Origin: Octopus vulgaris
Taxonomy: Eukaryota
Reading direction: 5' to 3'
DNA length: 64,000 nt
Assembly: GCA_951406725.2 (NCBI GenBank)
Contig: OX597819.1
Coordinates: 127,782,001-127,846,000 of the forward strand
In this document: positions 40,144 to 53,700 of the stretch, one piece after another
Layout: each line of letters starts with the position of its first letter
How positions within the stretch are numbered: the first letter of the stretch is position 1
Translations under genes and position numbers: made by a program
The notes under the pieces: model-generated
Told to the model about the DNA's origin: nothing
What the model saw: the letters and a program-made list of their open reading frames with translations, nothing else
The model's database searches: none

Positions 40144-41649
40144 CTTTCTCACTTCATTCCGGTTAGTAGACTTGGTTCTTGCAACCAATTCCAGCAACAC
40201 ATTTGTTGCATTGAGGCAATCATGACGTACAGTATTGGACTGTTCCAAGTTCTGTCTTCAGTTTAAATCATTCAGCGACTACTGCTGAGAACAGTTGTAC
40301 AGACGGCTGAGAATGTTCTACACAGGACTAATGTGATTTCTTATTTTGTCATTCTGATTCGTCTCAGAATCCATCCTAAAAGTACGCTACATGTTAATAT
40401 TTTCTAGGTAGTAGTATGCAAAGGAAACGATTCACCATTAATCATATTAATCCTTAAGCCGACTATTGATAGTGAATCTGAGATTGCAGCTCCTTTTCTT
40501 GATGTACGGCTTGGGGTAGAGCGTGATGGAGTAGACTTATTCGGGAAAATTAAATTGTAATTGCTCTATTGGATATATGCGTTCGAATTCTGACTAAGGA
40601 TCCGTTCGTAGACAATTTTGTTTGATATGTGATGTCAGTTGGGATTTGTAACAGTTGTTGTTTTCGATGATGACGTTAATCATGTTATCCAATATCAGCC
40701 CCGACTGAGCAGACCTCTGATCAATGATGCCCTAACTAGGACGATTCGTGTTTCTTATTTTAGGCATACTGAATGACTGATATCGTTGCAGAATTTCATG
40801 ACTATTAACTTGTGGAATGATTGTATCACTATTTGCACCTGAAACAAATACTCTACCAAGAAGTTACACCAGTACAAAGCTAAAAAGTTACATTTATTGG
40901 TAGTGCAAAGAATTGCAAAGCAAGAGACTTTATATTTTATATTAAATAACGTTATGGTTGATTGTAAATTCAGTAAGAATCTTGATAATGTGTCCGTTCC
41001 TTTCTTCTGACTCCTAAATGTTATTTTTTTTAAATGGTGTTATAGAATTTAGAATTAGATATGTAAATCCCAAGAGAAAGACGGGATAGTCATTATTGGA
41101 ACGTCTTTGATCATAGAGCTTCTTCAGACAGAGCTAACATGAGACTAAACAGCCCACAACAACAATTATATTTTGCTTACATTTTTTGTTATTTTTTACT
41201 CTTAGAATGTTAATGTTTCAATTCTTTAGTTCAAACGGTTAAACAAATAAAAATGAACACATCAGGAGCAGCAGTGAAGTTAACAATAAAAACAATATAA
41301 AGTGAATAAAACAATATAAAGAAATATAAAGAAATTCAGCGTAGCCACATGGTGATAAATTTTGGAAGAAAGTGTATATTCAATTATATCCAGTTTAGTG
41401 CTTCAATGGTGTTACTTAATCGACTTCGGAATGATGAAAAGCATCGCGATCCCTCTGGAATTTGAAATCACTACGTAAAGGTATCGATACAAGAAAATAA
41501 TGCGAAACAATTTGACCAGTTTTTGTTGGTCCATTCATTTTACTTTATTGAAAGAGATTTTTTTCTTAGTTTAAGCGAATTATTTATAAAGAAAGAATTG
41601 TTATCATCACCACCGTCGTCGTCCTTATTATTATTATTATTGTTATCTA

Positions 41650-42570
41650 AGACGGCGAACTGCAAAAATCTTTAGCACGCCGAGCGAAATGCTTAGGCTT
41701 ATTTCGTTTGCCGCTACGTTCTGAGTTCAAATTCTGCCGAGGCCGACTTTAACTTTCATCCTTTCGGGGTCAATAAAATAAGTACCAGTTACGCACTGGA
41801 GTCAATGTAATTGACTTGTCCCCTCCTCGAAAAATTTTCTAGGACTTGTGCCTAGAGTAGAAATAATAATTATTATTGCTATCCAATTATGCACTGGGGT
41901 CGATATAATTGACTTAATCCGTTTGTCTGTCCTTGTTTGTCCTCTCTGTGTTTAGCCCCTTGTGGGTAGTAAAGAAATAGGTATTTCGTCTGCCGCTACG
42001 TTCTGAGTTGAAATTCCACCGAGGTCGATTTTGCCTCTCATCCTTTTGGGGTCGATAAAATAAGTGCCAGTCGAATACTGTGATTGATGTAGTCAACTCA
42101 TCCCCTCCCCCGAAATTGCTGCCCTTGTGGTAAAAATTTGAAACGATTATTATTATTATTAAGATGGCGAGATAGCAGATCCGTTAGCGCACCGGGCACA
42201 ATGCTTAGCGGCATTTCGTCCGTCATTACGTTCTGAGTTAAAATTCTGCTGGGATCGACTTTACCTTTCAACCTTTCGGGGCCGATACATTGAGTACCAG
42301 TGAAACACTAGGGGTGATGTAATCAACTAATACCCTCTCCACAAATGTCAGGTCTTGGTCCTATACTAGAAAGGATTATTATTATTATTAAGGCAGCAAG
42401 TTGGTAGAATCGTTAGTACATCGGGCAAAATGTTTATTAGCATTTCTTCCGGATTTTAACGTTCTCTGTTCAAATCCGCCTAGGTTAACTTTGCTTTTCA
42501 TCTTCTCGTGGTCGAGAAAATGAAACACTTGTCAAGCACTGGGATAGTTGTAATCGACTGTTACCCCTCC
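41650..42570 (+). mobile_element. Cluster of four to five SINE family A-related copies separated by (ATT)n
   Basis: Repeated gttctgagttcaaattc..tttcatcctttcggggtc motifs. Confidence 0.85.
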
Positions 42571-44320
42571 TAGTCATAACGAAGCTGGGTGATTCCTTTA
42601 CAGACTCACAAGCTATGTCTGTTATCGCTATAGGACCGATAACCACGGTATATTCTTGCTTTTGGTCTTTGTGGTTATTTTGCAAAAATAACTTAGATGG
42701 CTTTTACTTACATGTGTTTTTGCAACCGGATAGTCTATCTTGGATCCAGACTTTGAAAATCTTTCCCTCAGCACCCTCTCTACACGAAACTATTCTGCTA
42801 TTGTATTGTGGCGTCGTGAGGGATTCTATGCCTATGCCTACTCTATCCAACCACGATCGCCAGACTTTACATTTCCACTAACCAATTTCCCCTCATTAAC
42901 CAAAAAACTGAATACAAACCTGCGGTAGACATTGTCACCAATGTTTCCGATCACACTCACGCTCTTCTTCCCAAATACTGCGGAACTAATTAAAGGTTAA
43001 ATGTGTTTCATACCATTTGGGCTTGTAGTTTCTCCTTGTACTCTGATTTAATGATGGCACACATAGTGCCTTATGTCCTTACATAGCATCGTTAATATCT
43101 GCTAAGATTTTCTCTAACTCTTTCTTGGATAAGACAAAAAAATTCCTGTGTTCTTTCAAGGTACAGAAAGGTTACTTTCCTTCAATTTCATGATTCTGTG
43201 ATGGATTATGGGGTCCTGTCCTGCCCTGTGTAAAGATTTCGATATTTCTTTAGAATATTCCCTGCCAAATTCTTTTCAAGAGAACTTTTGCACAAAAACA
43301 TTTTTTGGTATTCCTGATTACGCATGATGTGATACGTTAGTGCATGCCGCTGCTGTTGCTTTTGCGCTCTGATGGAGCGTTATCTTAATATATAAAAGAA
43401 AGTTTGTGTGTGGGGGGGGCGTATGTACCTTATGGATTCAAAACCTGAGTCGCTGATTTTGAGGTATGATGTAATCTTTCGGCTACCAAATAAACTTTGT
43501 TTTCATTTACATACGTGCATTACAAAAATTCAACCTTATGATATTTCTATAAGTCACCTATTGTAAACAACATTTTATACCACCACCACAACAACAGCAA
43601 CATCACATTTTCTATATGAGTTTGTATTTGCCTGTCAGTGTGTGTGTGTTTGCGCGTTCGTTGCGTACGTTAAGCCTATGACTGATAAGTATGTGTGTAT
43701 GTGAGGGTATACGTGTCTGTCAGTATTCATACATTTATGTGACGACTGACACATACACACATCTAAAGATACGGACAGATACACAGAGGGACAGAGATTC
43801 CTATGGTGTGCGTGAACGTATGTCTGTGTGTGTCTGTCTTCGTATATGTATATGACTGTACCGCCCAACAGGGAAACGCGCCAATTTTGAAAGAATTTAG
43901 ATTAGTTGCGGCCTGGACTTTGAACTAACAACAGCGTTCACTTTGAAGTACCACTGTTAGCATTTTCCTTTTCACCATGGAGAGTTGTGGTTTAAACAGC
44001 ATTAACGATTATCTCTACTTATGTACTGACGTATTATTCTAGTTTTTATAACCAGCATGGAGATTTTGCTGATTTGACAGCACTCACAACACTAGCAAAT
44101 ATATCTAAAGAGAAAACGTTATTCTGGTTATTATAACAAATTCGGAAACTTAGCGGAGTAGAAAGCCTTAGCGGCTCTTTCAATGTAACTTCCGAAATGT
44201 TATTCCAGTCCTTTATAACCAGTTTGAAGATAATGCTTTTTTAAAAGTCCTCGCGTCCTTATTGCATTCCTGCTATGCTGCTTTATCAGGGTGAGTATTC
44301 AACACCGCGCAACAGTAGAG

Positions 44321-44698
44321 AAGCACTCCGTCGGTTACGACGACGAGGGTTCCGGTTGATCCGATCAACGGAACAGCCTGCTCGTGAAATTAACGTGCAA
44401 GTGGCTGAGCACTCCACAGACACGTGTACTCTTAACGTAATTCTCGGGAATATTCAGCGTGACACAGAGAGTGACAAGGCCGGCCCTTTGAAATACAGGT
44501 ACAACAGAAACAGGAAGTAAAGTGAGAGAAAGTTGTGGTGAAAGAGTACAGCAGGGATCACCACCATCCCCTGCCGGAGCCTCGTGGAGCTTTAGGTGTT
44601 TTCGCTCAATAAACACTCACAACGCCCGGTCTGGGAATCGAAACCGCGATCCAATGACCGCGAGGCCGCTGCCCTAACCACTGGGCCATTGCGTCTCC
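44321..44698 (-). mobile_element. SINE family C, full length
   Basis: Minus strand tggcccagtgg A-box and ggtttcgattccc B-box. Confidence 0.9.
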
Positions 44699-45259
44699 AC
44701 ATTTATTCCACTACATATAAACTTACACAATTAAAATATATAACAAGTTATGTCGAATTCCTTTATGTCTTGCTATATACATCCGTCAGCAAATGGTTCA
44801 AATTAATTAACGTTCACAACAGTAACATATACTTTTCTACAAATTTTATTCAGCGTTCGTTTAAAAATTGTAAAATAATAAATTATTTTTGCATGAAAAA
44901 TTTAATCATGTCTTCTGAATTTTCTTGGAGCTTGACTTTCTTCGCCGTCACATTCAATCCTGAATTTTATAGCATTTAGTACATCTTCCACATAAGTGTT
45001 GATTTTCTGTACTTCGTAATATTGGTGAAGCATAGTTATTTTTGTAAAAATTGGTGAATTTCCGGCGCTGGAATATTTCTTTTGGAAATATTCCCTGAAA
45101 AAAATTTTTTTATAGCATAACTCTGCTACAGAAAGTATATTTTACACCTATATGGACTACATTACGTTTCGTTTTCAATATTATCAATTCTATGGGCGTC
45201 TATATATCTGTAGGTATGTGTGTTTCCGCGTTATATACGTCTATTAAGCTATAATAAAG

Positions 45260-47619
45260 GACATTTTACGCCGTTTTAATGAGCCCACATCAAATGAAGT
45301 AGCCATCTTTATGGTTGGTGATCCCCATGAAAATCGTGATATTCTCTTTCGTGCTAGAGATAACAACCTTAAACGTGTTTTAGAAACTCATCCCTCTTAT
45401 GATGCTCTCCAGCATCCTCTTATTCTGTGGGATGGTCAAGATGGGCATCATTTCAATATTCTACAAATTGAACCTGCCACAGGAGAGCCAGTTACAAACA
45501 AAAAGGTGACGTCAAATGACTTCAATTCTTACCAACTGATGTTAAAACCAGAGCATTCAAATCAATTACACTTGTATCGTGATCTATTTCAGTAATACCT
45601 GGTTGATAAGTATTCTAAAGGTGAGAGTGAACATCTCCTCTACATTCGTAGCAATAAAAGAAAAGTTAAGTGCTAAAAATTATGTTCATCTCCAAGATGC
45701 TCTGAAGACAGGTGGTGATATTCAAAACACTGGGCAACTCATAATCCTCTCATCATCGTTCACAGATGGTCCTCGATTTATGCATGAACGAACACAAGAT
45801 GCTATGACATATGTCAGAACATTTAGGAAACCAGATCTTTTTGTCACTTTCATCTGTAATCAAAAATGGGAGGAAATAAAATCTAACCTTCTTCCAGTGT
45901 TGCATCTTCTGGTATTGCAGCTACCCTCCTCAATGGGGAAAGAATTGCATGTTCCGTGTTCCAGCTCCCTCTAAACCATGCAATGAAAGAATCTCAAATG
46001 TGCAATACTTCCCAAAACTCTGCAATGACCACAGTTCTCAAAAAAACTTACCTCATTGTTTGGCATGAGTCCACTCTCACATTGTGGAGCTTCAGAGATG
46101 CTTGACCGTACCTTCCAAGACATAAAAAAACAATAGCACGCTCATTGGAGGAGTAACAGTTCTTCTTGCAGAAGATTTTCGCCAAACGGTGCTAGTTATC
46201 CCTAAAGGATCAAAAGCTGACGAGGTCAATGCATGCTTCAAAAAATCCTACTTTTGGAGACAAGTGAAAAGACTTCATCTTACAAGTGTCATCAGAGTAC
46301 TTCAATAAAGTGATCATACGAGGTTCTTAAGATTGGTAATGGAATATTAACATTCAACTCAAGACTTCAGCTACATGAAATTACATGCGAACAAATGATA
46401 CGTTCTCTTAGTGATCTTATGGATAAAGTATTTCCGAATTTATCTGTCAATTACACTGATGTAAACTGGCCATGTGAGAGAGCTATACTAGCTCCAACTA
46501 ATGAAATGGTTGATAAACTCCATCATGAACTTCTTCAAAAGTTAACAGATACACCAGAAATGACTTTTCAATCAAGATCAGGTTGCTCAATACCCTGTTG
46601 AATTTCCTACCAGCGTCGCCTTACTGGCACTTGTGCCCCGTGCTAGTAGGGTGCCAAGAGCACCATACGAGCGTGATCGTTGCCAGAGCGGCTAGCTGGC
46701 TTCCGTGCTGGTGGCACGTAAAAGGGCACCATTCGAGCGTGATCGTTACCAACGTTGCTTCACTGGCACCTGTGCTGGTGGCATGTGTAAAAAGATTCGA
46801 GCGAGGTCGTTGCCAGTACCGCCTGACTGGCCCCCGTGCCGTGACACGTAAAAGGGCACCATTCGAGCGTGATTATTACCAATATCGCCTTACTGGCCCC
46901 TGTGCCGGTGGCATGTGTAAAAAAATTCGAGCGAGGTCATTGCCAGTACCGCCTGACTGGTCCCGTGCCGGTGGCACGTAAAAAGCACCCATTACTCTCA
47001 CGGAGTGGTTGGCGTTAGGAAGGGCATCCAGCTGTAGAAACTCTGCCAGATCAAGATTGGGGTCTGGTGCAGTCATCTGGTTCGCCATCCCTCAGTCAAA
47101 ATCGTCCAACCCATGCTAGCATGGAAGGCGGACGTTAAACGATAATGATGATGATGATGACTTAAACCCATTGGGAAGCCACCGCATAACTTGACACTAA
47201 AGTTGGGTGCTCCCATTATTTTGCTTGGGAATCTTGACCCATCTCACCCGTTTAATGGAACTCGCTTAGTTATTACTTCCATGAAGCCCCATCTCTTACA
47301 GGCAACAATCATAACTGCTGGTCATAACAATCATAACAAAGGAGAAAATATCTCCATTCCAAAAATTCCTTTCATACCTACAGATGTTCCATTTGAATTT
47401 ATGATGCTTCAGTTTCCTGTCAAACTAAGTTTTGGTATTTCAATTAACAAATTTCAGGGTCACTCCCTCAAGATGGTTGCACTTCATCTTTCTACTACAT
47501 GCTTCTTCCATGGTCAACTCTATGTTGCTTGCTCGCGAATTGGAACCAGCAACAATTTGCTCATTCCGACACTAACAAAGAATTACCCAATGAATGTTGT
47601 TTACCCTGAGGTGCTTTAA
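45260..47619 (+). pseudogene. Helitron RepHel pseudogene
   Basis: FNEPTSNEVA, HPSYDALQHPL, GPRFMHERTQDAM..KPDLFVTF (Rep); VASSGIAATLL, DFRQ, RAILAPTN, NGTRL, QFPVKLSF, HGQLYVACSR, NVVYPEVL (Pif1); many stops and frameshifts. Confidence 0.93.
46608..47160 (+). mobile_element. RTE-associated SINE-like insertion with internal ~65/130 bp tandem units and (GAT)n tail
   Basis: Interrupts the helicase between YPVEF and PPHNLTLK; ggcgttaggaagggcatccagc motif. Confidence 0.8.
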
Positions 47620-48549
47620 GATTGTCAGATTTTCAGTTTTATTATCACTACAATTTGGATACGTTTTAATAGGACATAGATATTTTGAAATAATTATATT
47701 TATTATTTACTAATCTGAATATGAACAGCCGTATCCCGGGCAACGCCGGGTCATTCAGCTAGTTATGTGTGTGTGCGCGCGCGTAATGTATATACGCTTA
47801 TACGTACATTTTCTGCCATTTGTTTCTGTGTTCATTAATATATTCTTACTTTGGTGGCAGATTTGATTTGTTTACTGTAATCTTAGGGGTGAATCCAAGG
47901 AAAGAAGCTTCTTTTTTCGCCATAAGAACAGAGGGCAGAATAAAAATGGAAACATTTATAAAAGAAAAACTGGTTTCATTTTCTAACTCCAAAATATTCA
48001 ATAAAAGTTTGAAAAAATTATTCTTAAAAGCAACTACGATGATATACCTTTCTTTGGCCGTTGAGAACAATTACGCTCATTTTAAATCTTACAACAACAG
48101 AGGAATTACAACCGTGTTTCGTGGTCTGCTACCACAACAGCTCCTTTATAGGATCCAGTTAGCTCAAGACATCATCAGGAGGAACCATGTCCGGTTTCGG
48201 TCCCGACTCCTCTACCGTTTTGACGTGGCGGGGCTCCCCTTTTGGAGGTGTCTTCAGCTCTGGTGTTGGGTGCATGTCTTCTTTCTTCTGTTCCCTGGCC
48301 TCTTCCGGGAAAACCCGGAAATGTTAACAACTAAAGCAGGTAACAAAACTGCATGGAAATTAAAACAAGATACATAAACTTGGAAAGAATGGAGTAAGGA
48401 ACCTATACGAAGAATAAAAACTTAGAAATTATGTATAAAAATTGGGACATGTAACAAATGAATAACTATAAAAAAAGTAATCAATTACTTTAAAAAGTGC
48501 ATAAGATAACATTTATACGCCCACACATTTGAAAATCCACGGGTTAGGT

Positions 48550-50090
48550 CAGGTTAAGATATTACACTCTTCTGTTCATGCCACTACTTGTACTAATGAA
48601 GAATGCACCCAAAAGTGCCTTCTCAACATCTTTTGGGTTTAGAAGAAATAAAAAGAAAAAGAACATGCTGCACTCTGAGGCTTTTTTCCTTCTTAAACAT
48701 GTGATAACATTCTGGAGACATTTTTGAGGGAGTGGGGTCTGTCGCGTGAGCATCTCCTGTAATCCGTCTTTATTTATTTCTCATCAGCCAGTATATCATT
48801 CTCTCTTGCGTCATTCAACTCAATTTTTGGACAATGAAGGATTGGTGTGCATATCTGACAGATGCGAAATGGAACCTTTTGGCGCCGACGTCTTTTTGTT
48901 GCATTTTACTCGCCTTTAGAGCGGGAATTTTCCCAGTAATTTTCCATTCCTCAGTGGCTTGCATCACGTCACAATATGATGAAGCATTACTATTGGCCGA
49001 AGGTAAGCTACGCTTGTCGGTTTCTGGGAATAGGGACAAGACAGATTTTAACAAATTTCATGGAGTAGGAATTGGTTGGGATTATTGCCAGTGCTGTTAT
49101 TCGCGATTCTTCATCATTTATCACTATGGTTAAGATGTGGTATCCTTCGGAGAGGCCAAGTCAGTTCCCAATATCGTAGGAGAGAGGTAATCTCGTCTGA
49201 TATTTCTGTTCTTCAATCGGTGGTGCTCTGAGAATTGTAGCAACTTATGAGTCTTGCCATTTCCTGAGCTGCTACTTTCATTCTTTCTACACGTACTGTT
49301 TCTAGAGTCACACAGTACATGAAAGAACTTTTTGCTACCACACATATCGACTTACTTCCCTGAAATACAAGCTTCATCACCGTTCCTTCATCACTTACAA
49401 TTGGTAACAGTTCAGGAATGGCCTTGTAGTAATCGGTGGTTACAAGAAATTGTATGTTAAGTGAAACCCCAGCGGACCGAATATCAATCTTTGTAACTTC
49501 AACCCTGACTGCCTGTTTATACTGTGTCACGAAGGCAACATTGTTACCAACATTTAAGAAACTGATTTTCGTGTTTCCATCTACCAAATTTTATGCCACT
49601 AGTGTAGGTGTGTCTCAAACCTGCTCGAATATGCTTGCTTTGTGCTCATTTCTGAAAAGTATGTTTATAGACTCATTCGCTTTTGTTACGTCTAGGTACT
49701 GGTAGCTTGTTGCTCTGAAATAGCCCGCAAACACTTCCAGGTAGGAACGAGTAGATGGCTTCCAGAGGAGAAGAGTAGAAATTGCCATCTGCTCGCGATA
49801 CCAGAAGGCGCACACTCTCCTACCCTGATGTAACCTCCAGGGATACAGGCATCCAGTAACAGGACCTCCGTAATGTTATGATGGACCATGAAGTCTGGCG
49901 TAGCATGGTAAATTCCATTGCCTCGACCACGGTCGAACAATAATGATGATGATGTAGGAACGAGCTAGAAAACGCTCACGCCTCGGCTGTGTTTTAGGTA
50001 AATAATTTCTTAATGGACAAAGCTTATGAGTAGCTTGTTGCTGACGTGTTTCACGATGCGTTCCGTAGTTTTCGTTCCATATTGCCTATT
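48550..50090 (-). pseudogene. Decayed gag/ORF1-like frame of a retroelement (zinc-knuckle remnant), L1/Tx1-like by inference
   Basis: After removing 49752-49953 one frame reads RFLARSYLEV..INILFRNE..KISFLNV..KAIPELL..MKLVFQGSKSIC/CG..H..C with stops; left boundary uncertain. Confidence 0.5.
49752..49953 (+). mobile_element. Short RTE-group LINE 3' end with 5' inversion
   Basis: PSARDTRRRTLSYPDV..MMDHEVWRSMV plus (GAT)n tail; TSD gtaggaacgag (49741-51 / 49954-64). Confidence 0.88.
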
Positions 50091-50264
50091 TATATCGCAT
50101 ACACAAAAATATTCACTTAAGGTAATCCATAACGGAACTGTTTAAAAGTGCGTCTTTCCGCGGCAGGAAAAGACGAATGTAACAACAGCAGTAGTAGCAA
50201 TAACAAGAACAGCAAAAACAAGAGCAGACAGCAACAACAACAACAACAACGGTGGTGGTGGTGG

Positions 50265-50298
<34 letters not shown>

Positions 50299-50549
50299 AA
50301 CGACGACGATGACAACTACAACATTTACGTCTATTGAGGTCATTTCGCTTCATCTCTGTCGGTGTCATGTAAGTGAATTGAAAACGGAGACAAACCATTA
50401 GCAGACATGTGTCTTGTTGTGAGCGTATTAGCATGGAGACTTATCTAGCCAGTCAATATACTTCCTAGGAGCTAATGAAATGTAATGATTCGTGCCAGGG
50501 CGCTTTTCTCGCACACGTCTCTATGCGTACATACACGGTGACACTCAGA

Positions 50550-50914
50550 CACTCACACACACACACACGCACACACACATGCAGATAAACACACACGTAC
50601 ATACATGCTCACATATGTATGTAACGTATGTATATATATACGTATATGTGTGCCTGTGTGTATATATATATATATGTGTGCCTGTGTGTATATATATATA
50701 TATGTGTGTCTGTGTGTATATATATGTATATATATATATATGAATATTATATATATGTGTGTGTATATATATATGTCCATATATATATATATATATATAT
50801 ATATAATGAATATGCGTACATATATATATATGTATGTATGTATATATATATATATATACATATGTATGTATATATATATGTACGCATATTCATTTATATA
50901 TATATATATATATG

Positions 50915-51005
<91 letters not shown>

Positions 51006-51020
51006 GTATATATATATATC
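50550..51020. repeat. (TA)n/(TG)n microsatellite
   Basis: Direct reading. Confidence 0.95.
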
Positions 51021-51322
51021 AATGTATTTAGGCACAGCGATACATACATATAGAACCTTAGAGATATGCACTCACACATACAGGAACACAGGCGCATATA
51101 TACAGACACACGTTTACATACACATAGACAAATAGGCACAAGTTTAAATTGACATATAAAGACAGAGACACACTCATCCATGTACGCATATCAGTACATG
51201 CCTACATACGTACATACAATACATACAATACATATACTGAAGAATGCATACGTTGAAACCTAAGCACACGTCCACACGCACAGAGGAGCACTCGCATGTT
51301 CAAGCAAACACGCGTACACTAA

Positions 51323-51376
<54 letters not shown>

Positions 51377-51539
51377 GTAAATAAGAAAACCATAGCAATA
51401 AAGAATGTTATAAATAAAAGCGTGATTAAAAAAAAAAGAAGAGAAAAAATGTCAAAAAATAATATACGAACGAAATAGAAACTAACTCAACATTCAATTA
51501 TACGCCATGTTAATCATCAATTTTGAAAGTCTTCCACAG

Positions 51540-51686
51540 CAATAACCAGAACAACAACAGCAACAACACCAAGTGAGAGCAACAGCAACAGCAACAATAC
51601 CAACAGTAACAACACCAACAACAACAAAAAGAGAGGAACAACTAGCAAAAAACACATGTTGACTACTACTACTACTACTGCTACTA

Positions 51687-51730
<44 letters not shown>

Positions 51731-51949
51731 ACTACTACTACTACTACTACTAATGCTCCTGCTACTGCTGCTATTCCTACCGCCACCACCACTAGTACTG
51801 CTACTATAACTACTACTACTACTACTAGCACTGCCACCATCACTATTATATATAAAACTACTACCATTATAACAATTATCACCACTACCAACACCAACAC
51901 CACCACCACCACTGCCGCCGCCACCACCACCACCACTACCACCGCCACA

Positions 51950-52031
<82 letters not shown>

Positions 52032-52070
52032 GTAATAATACTGCTGCTGCTTCTGCCACTGCTGCTGCTG
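51540..52070. repeat. Compound trinucleotide microsatellites (ACT, GCT, ACC, AAT)
   Basis: Direct reading. Confidence 0.95.
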
Positions 52071-52207
52071 TCGCAGTTTTAATCCTGCTGTTAATTTCTC
52101 TTGCAGCTAATGACCACTTTGTTAGCTATTAATGTTCAGTTTATGACACTGACAGCAGATAAAGCGTTTGACACTTTTGTCAGTGTTGCTTAGACCGGAA
52201 ATTACTA

Positions 52208-52245
<38 letters not shown>

Positions 52246-52416
52246 TAGCAACAACAACGATCATTGCTTAAACTCACAGAAAAAAAAACATGGAAACATA
52301 ATTATCATCATTAATAATATATAAGTATTTTTCACTTAACGATTTTATTTTTAAAGTGAATTTTGTTATGGACAATTAGCATTGAAGATATATATAAATA
52401 TATATATATAAAATAC

Positions 52417-52454
<38 letters not shown>

Positions 52455-52495
52455 AATATTAGGGAATAAATCCAAATTTGTCTCTAATTAATATC

Positions 52496-52547
<52 letters not shown>

Positions 52548-52709
52548 CATATATATATATATAAAATACCTGTATGAATATATATATATAGATATATACA
52601 TGCATATATACATGTATATACATAAACATACATATATATATTTATCTATTTATCTCTTTTCTCTCTTTCTCTCTTTCTCTCCCTCTCTCTCTTTCTCTCT
52701 ATAAATATA

Positions 52710-52756
<47 letters not shown>

Positions 52757-53300
52757 GGCGCAGGTATGGTTTGTGGTAAAGAAATTCGCTTCGCAACTAA
52801 GTGGTTTCGAATTCAGTCTCATAGTGTGATGACACCTTGAGCAAGTAACTTATATCATAGCCACGGATCAACCAATGCTTTAGGAGTAAATTGGCAACCG
52901 AAAGTTATATGGAAGCCCTCCGTCATTCATACTGACGTTGATGCTAGTGAAGAAGCGAGAAAAGTTCTGAAAGGCAAATAGAAGCAAATACGTCTATAGT
53001 ACACGTCAAATGTGTCTGGAACATATTTGAATGTCAACTAAATATTATATATTTAAATGTCTGTGTGTGCTACGTACGTATTTATATCTTTGTATATGAT
53101 TTTTTTGTTGTTTGTTCCCTCTCCACCGATCGACAACCGGTCTTGAATTGTTCACTTCCCTGTATCTTGTAACTTAACGGTTTGACAAAAGAGGGCGGTA
53201 GAACAAGTACCAAATTTAAAAGTAGGGTTAATTCGCTTCAGTAAACACTTCATAGTGGTGCTCCCAGCATGACCACAGTCCAATGACTGGCAAGTAAGAG
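52757..53300 (+). mobile_element. Degenerate SINE family B
   Basis: caccttgagcaagt; gtggtgctcccagcatgaccacagtccaatgactg tail. Confidence 0.7.
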
Positions 53301-53302
53301 GC

Positions 53303-53355
<53 letters not shown>

Positions 53356-53369
53356 CTTTATCCTCATGT

Positions 53370-53700
53370 ATAAAAATTTTTTCTAAATATGCATCACACT
53401 TAGTATTGTTTCTAAATGTAAGGTCATATCTCAATTCAAATATAGCCAAGCCTTTCCATTGGACATTTCTATACAACCTTTACCCTACGCAACTTATTTA
53501 GAGTATAAATGACTAAGTTCCTTACTCATTTATAGAGGGAACATCTCTAAAACCTCTTTGACGGATATTTTCAAATAACCGTTATAGCCTTTAGTTTTAG
53601 TTAATACCTAACTGGACTCACAACTCTTCATTCTGTCTCATATGTATAAATATGAATCTCCAAAATTCTACTCTGCTGTTTCCTTTATCAAGTCCTTTGT
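53370..53700 (-). mobile_element. Possible Penelope-like endonuclease C-terminal remnant
   Basis: ...YLEKIFI ending resembles the GIY-YIG C-terminus; lies next to other Penelope pieces. Confidence 0.35.

Larger units (their letters stand above)
43383..47762 (+). mobile_element. Internally deleted Helitron with Rep/Pif1 helicase remnants (5' boundary tentative)
   Basis: A|TCTTAATATATAAAAG start like the non-autonomous copies; 3' cccgggcaacgccggg hairpin and CTAG|T at 47759-62. Confidence 0.75.

Noticed and set aside
42680-43320. Possible very old non-LTR retrotransposon fragment on the minus strand (KWYETH-like peptide)
   Set aside because: Too decayed to assign by eye
47820-48377. 185 aa ORF on the + strand
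   Set aside because: No motif; spans AT-rich DNA and an antisense retroelement-like fragment
51517-52132. Poly-T/A/N/V/L ORFs (also 2098-2685 and 39399-39796)
   Set aside because: Trinucleotide microsatellites with no domain or splice support
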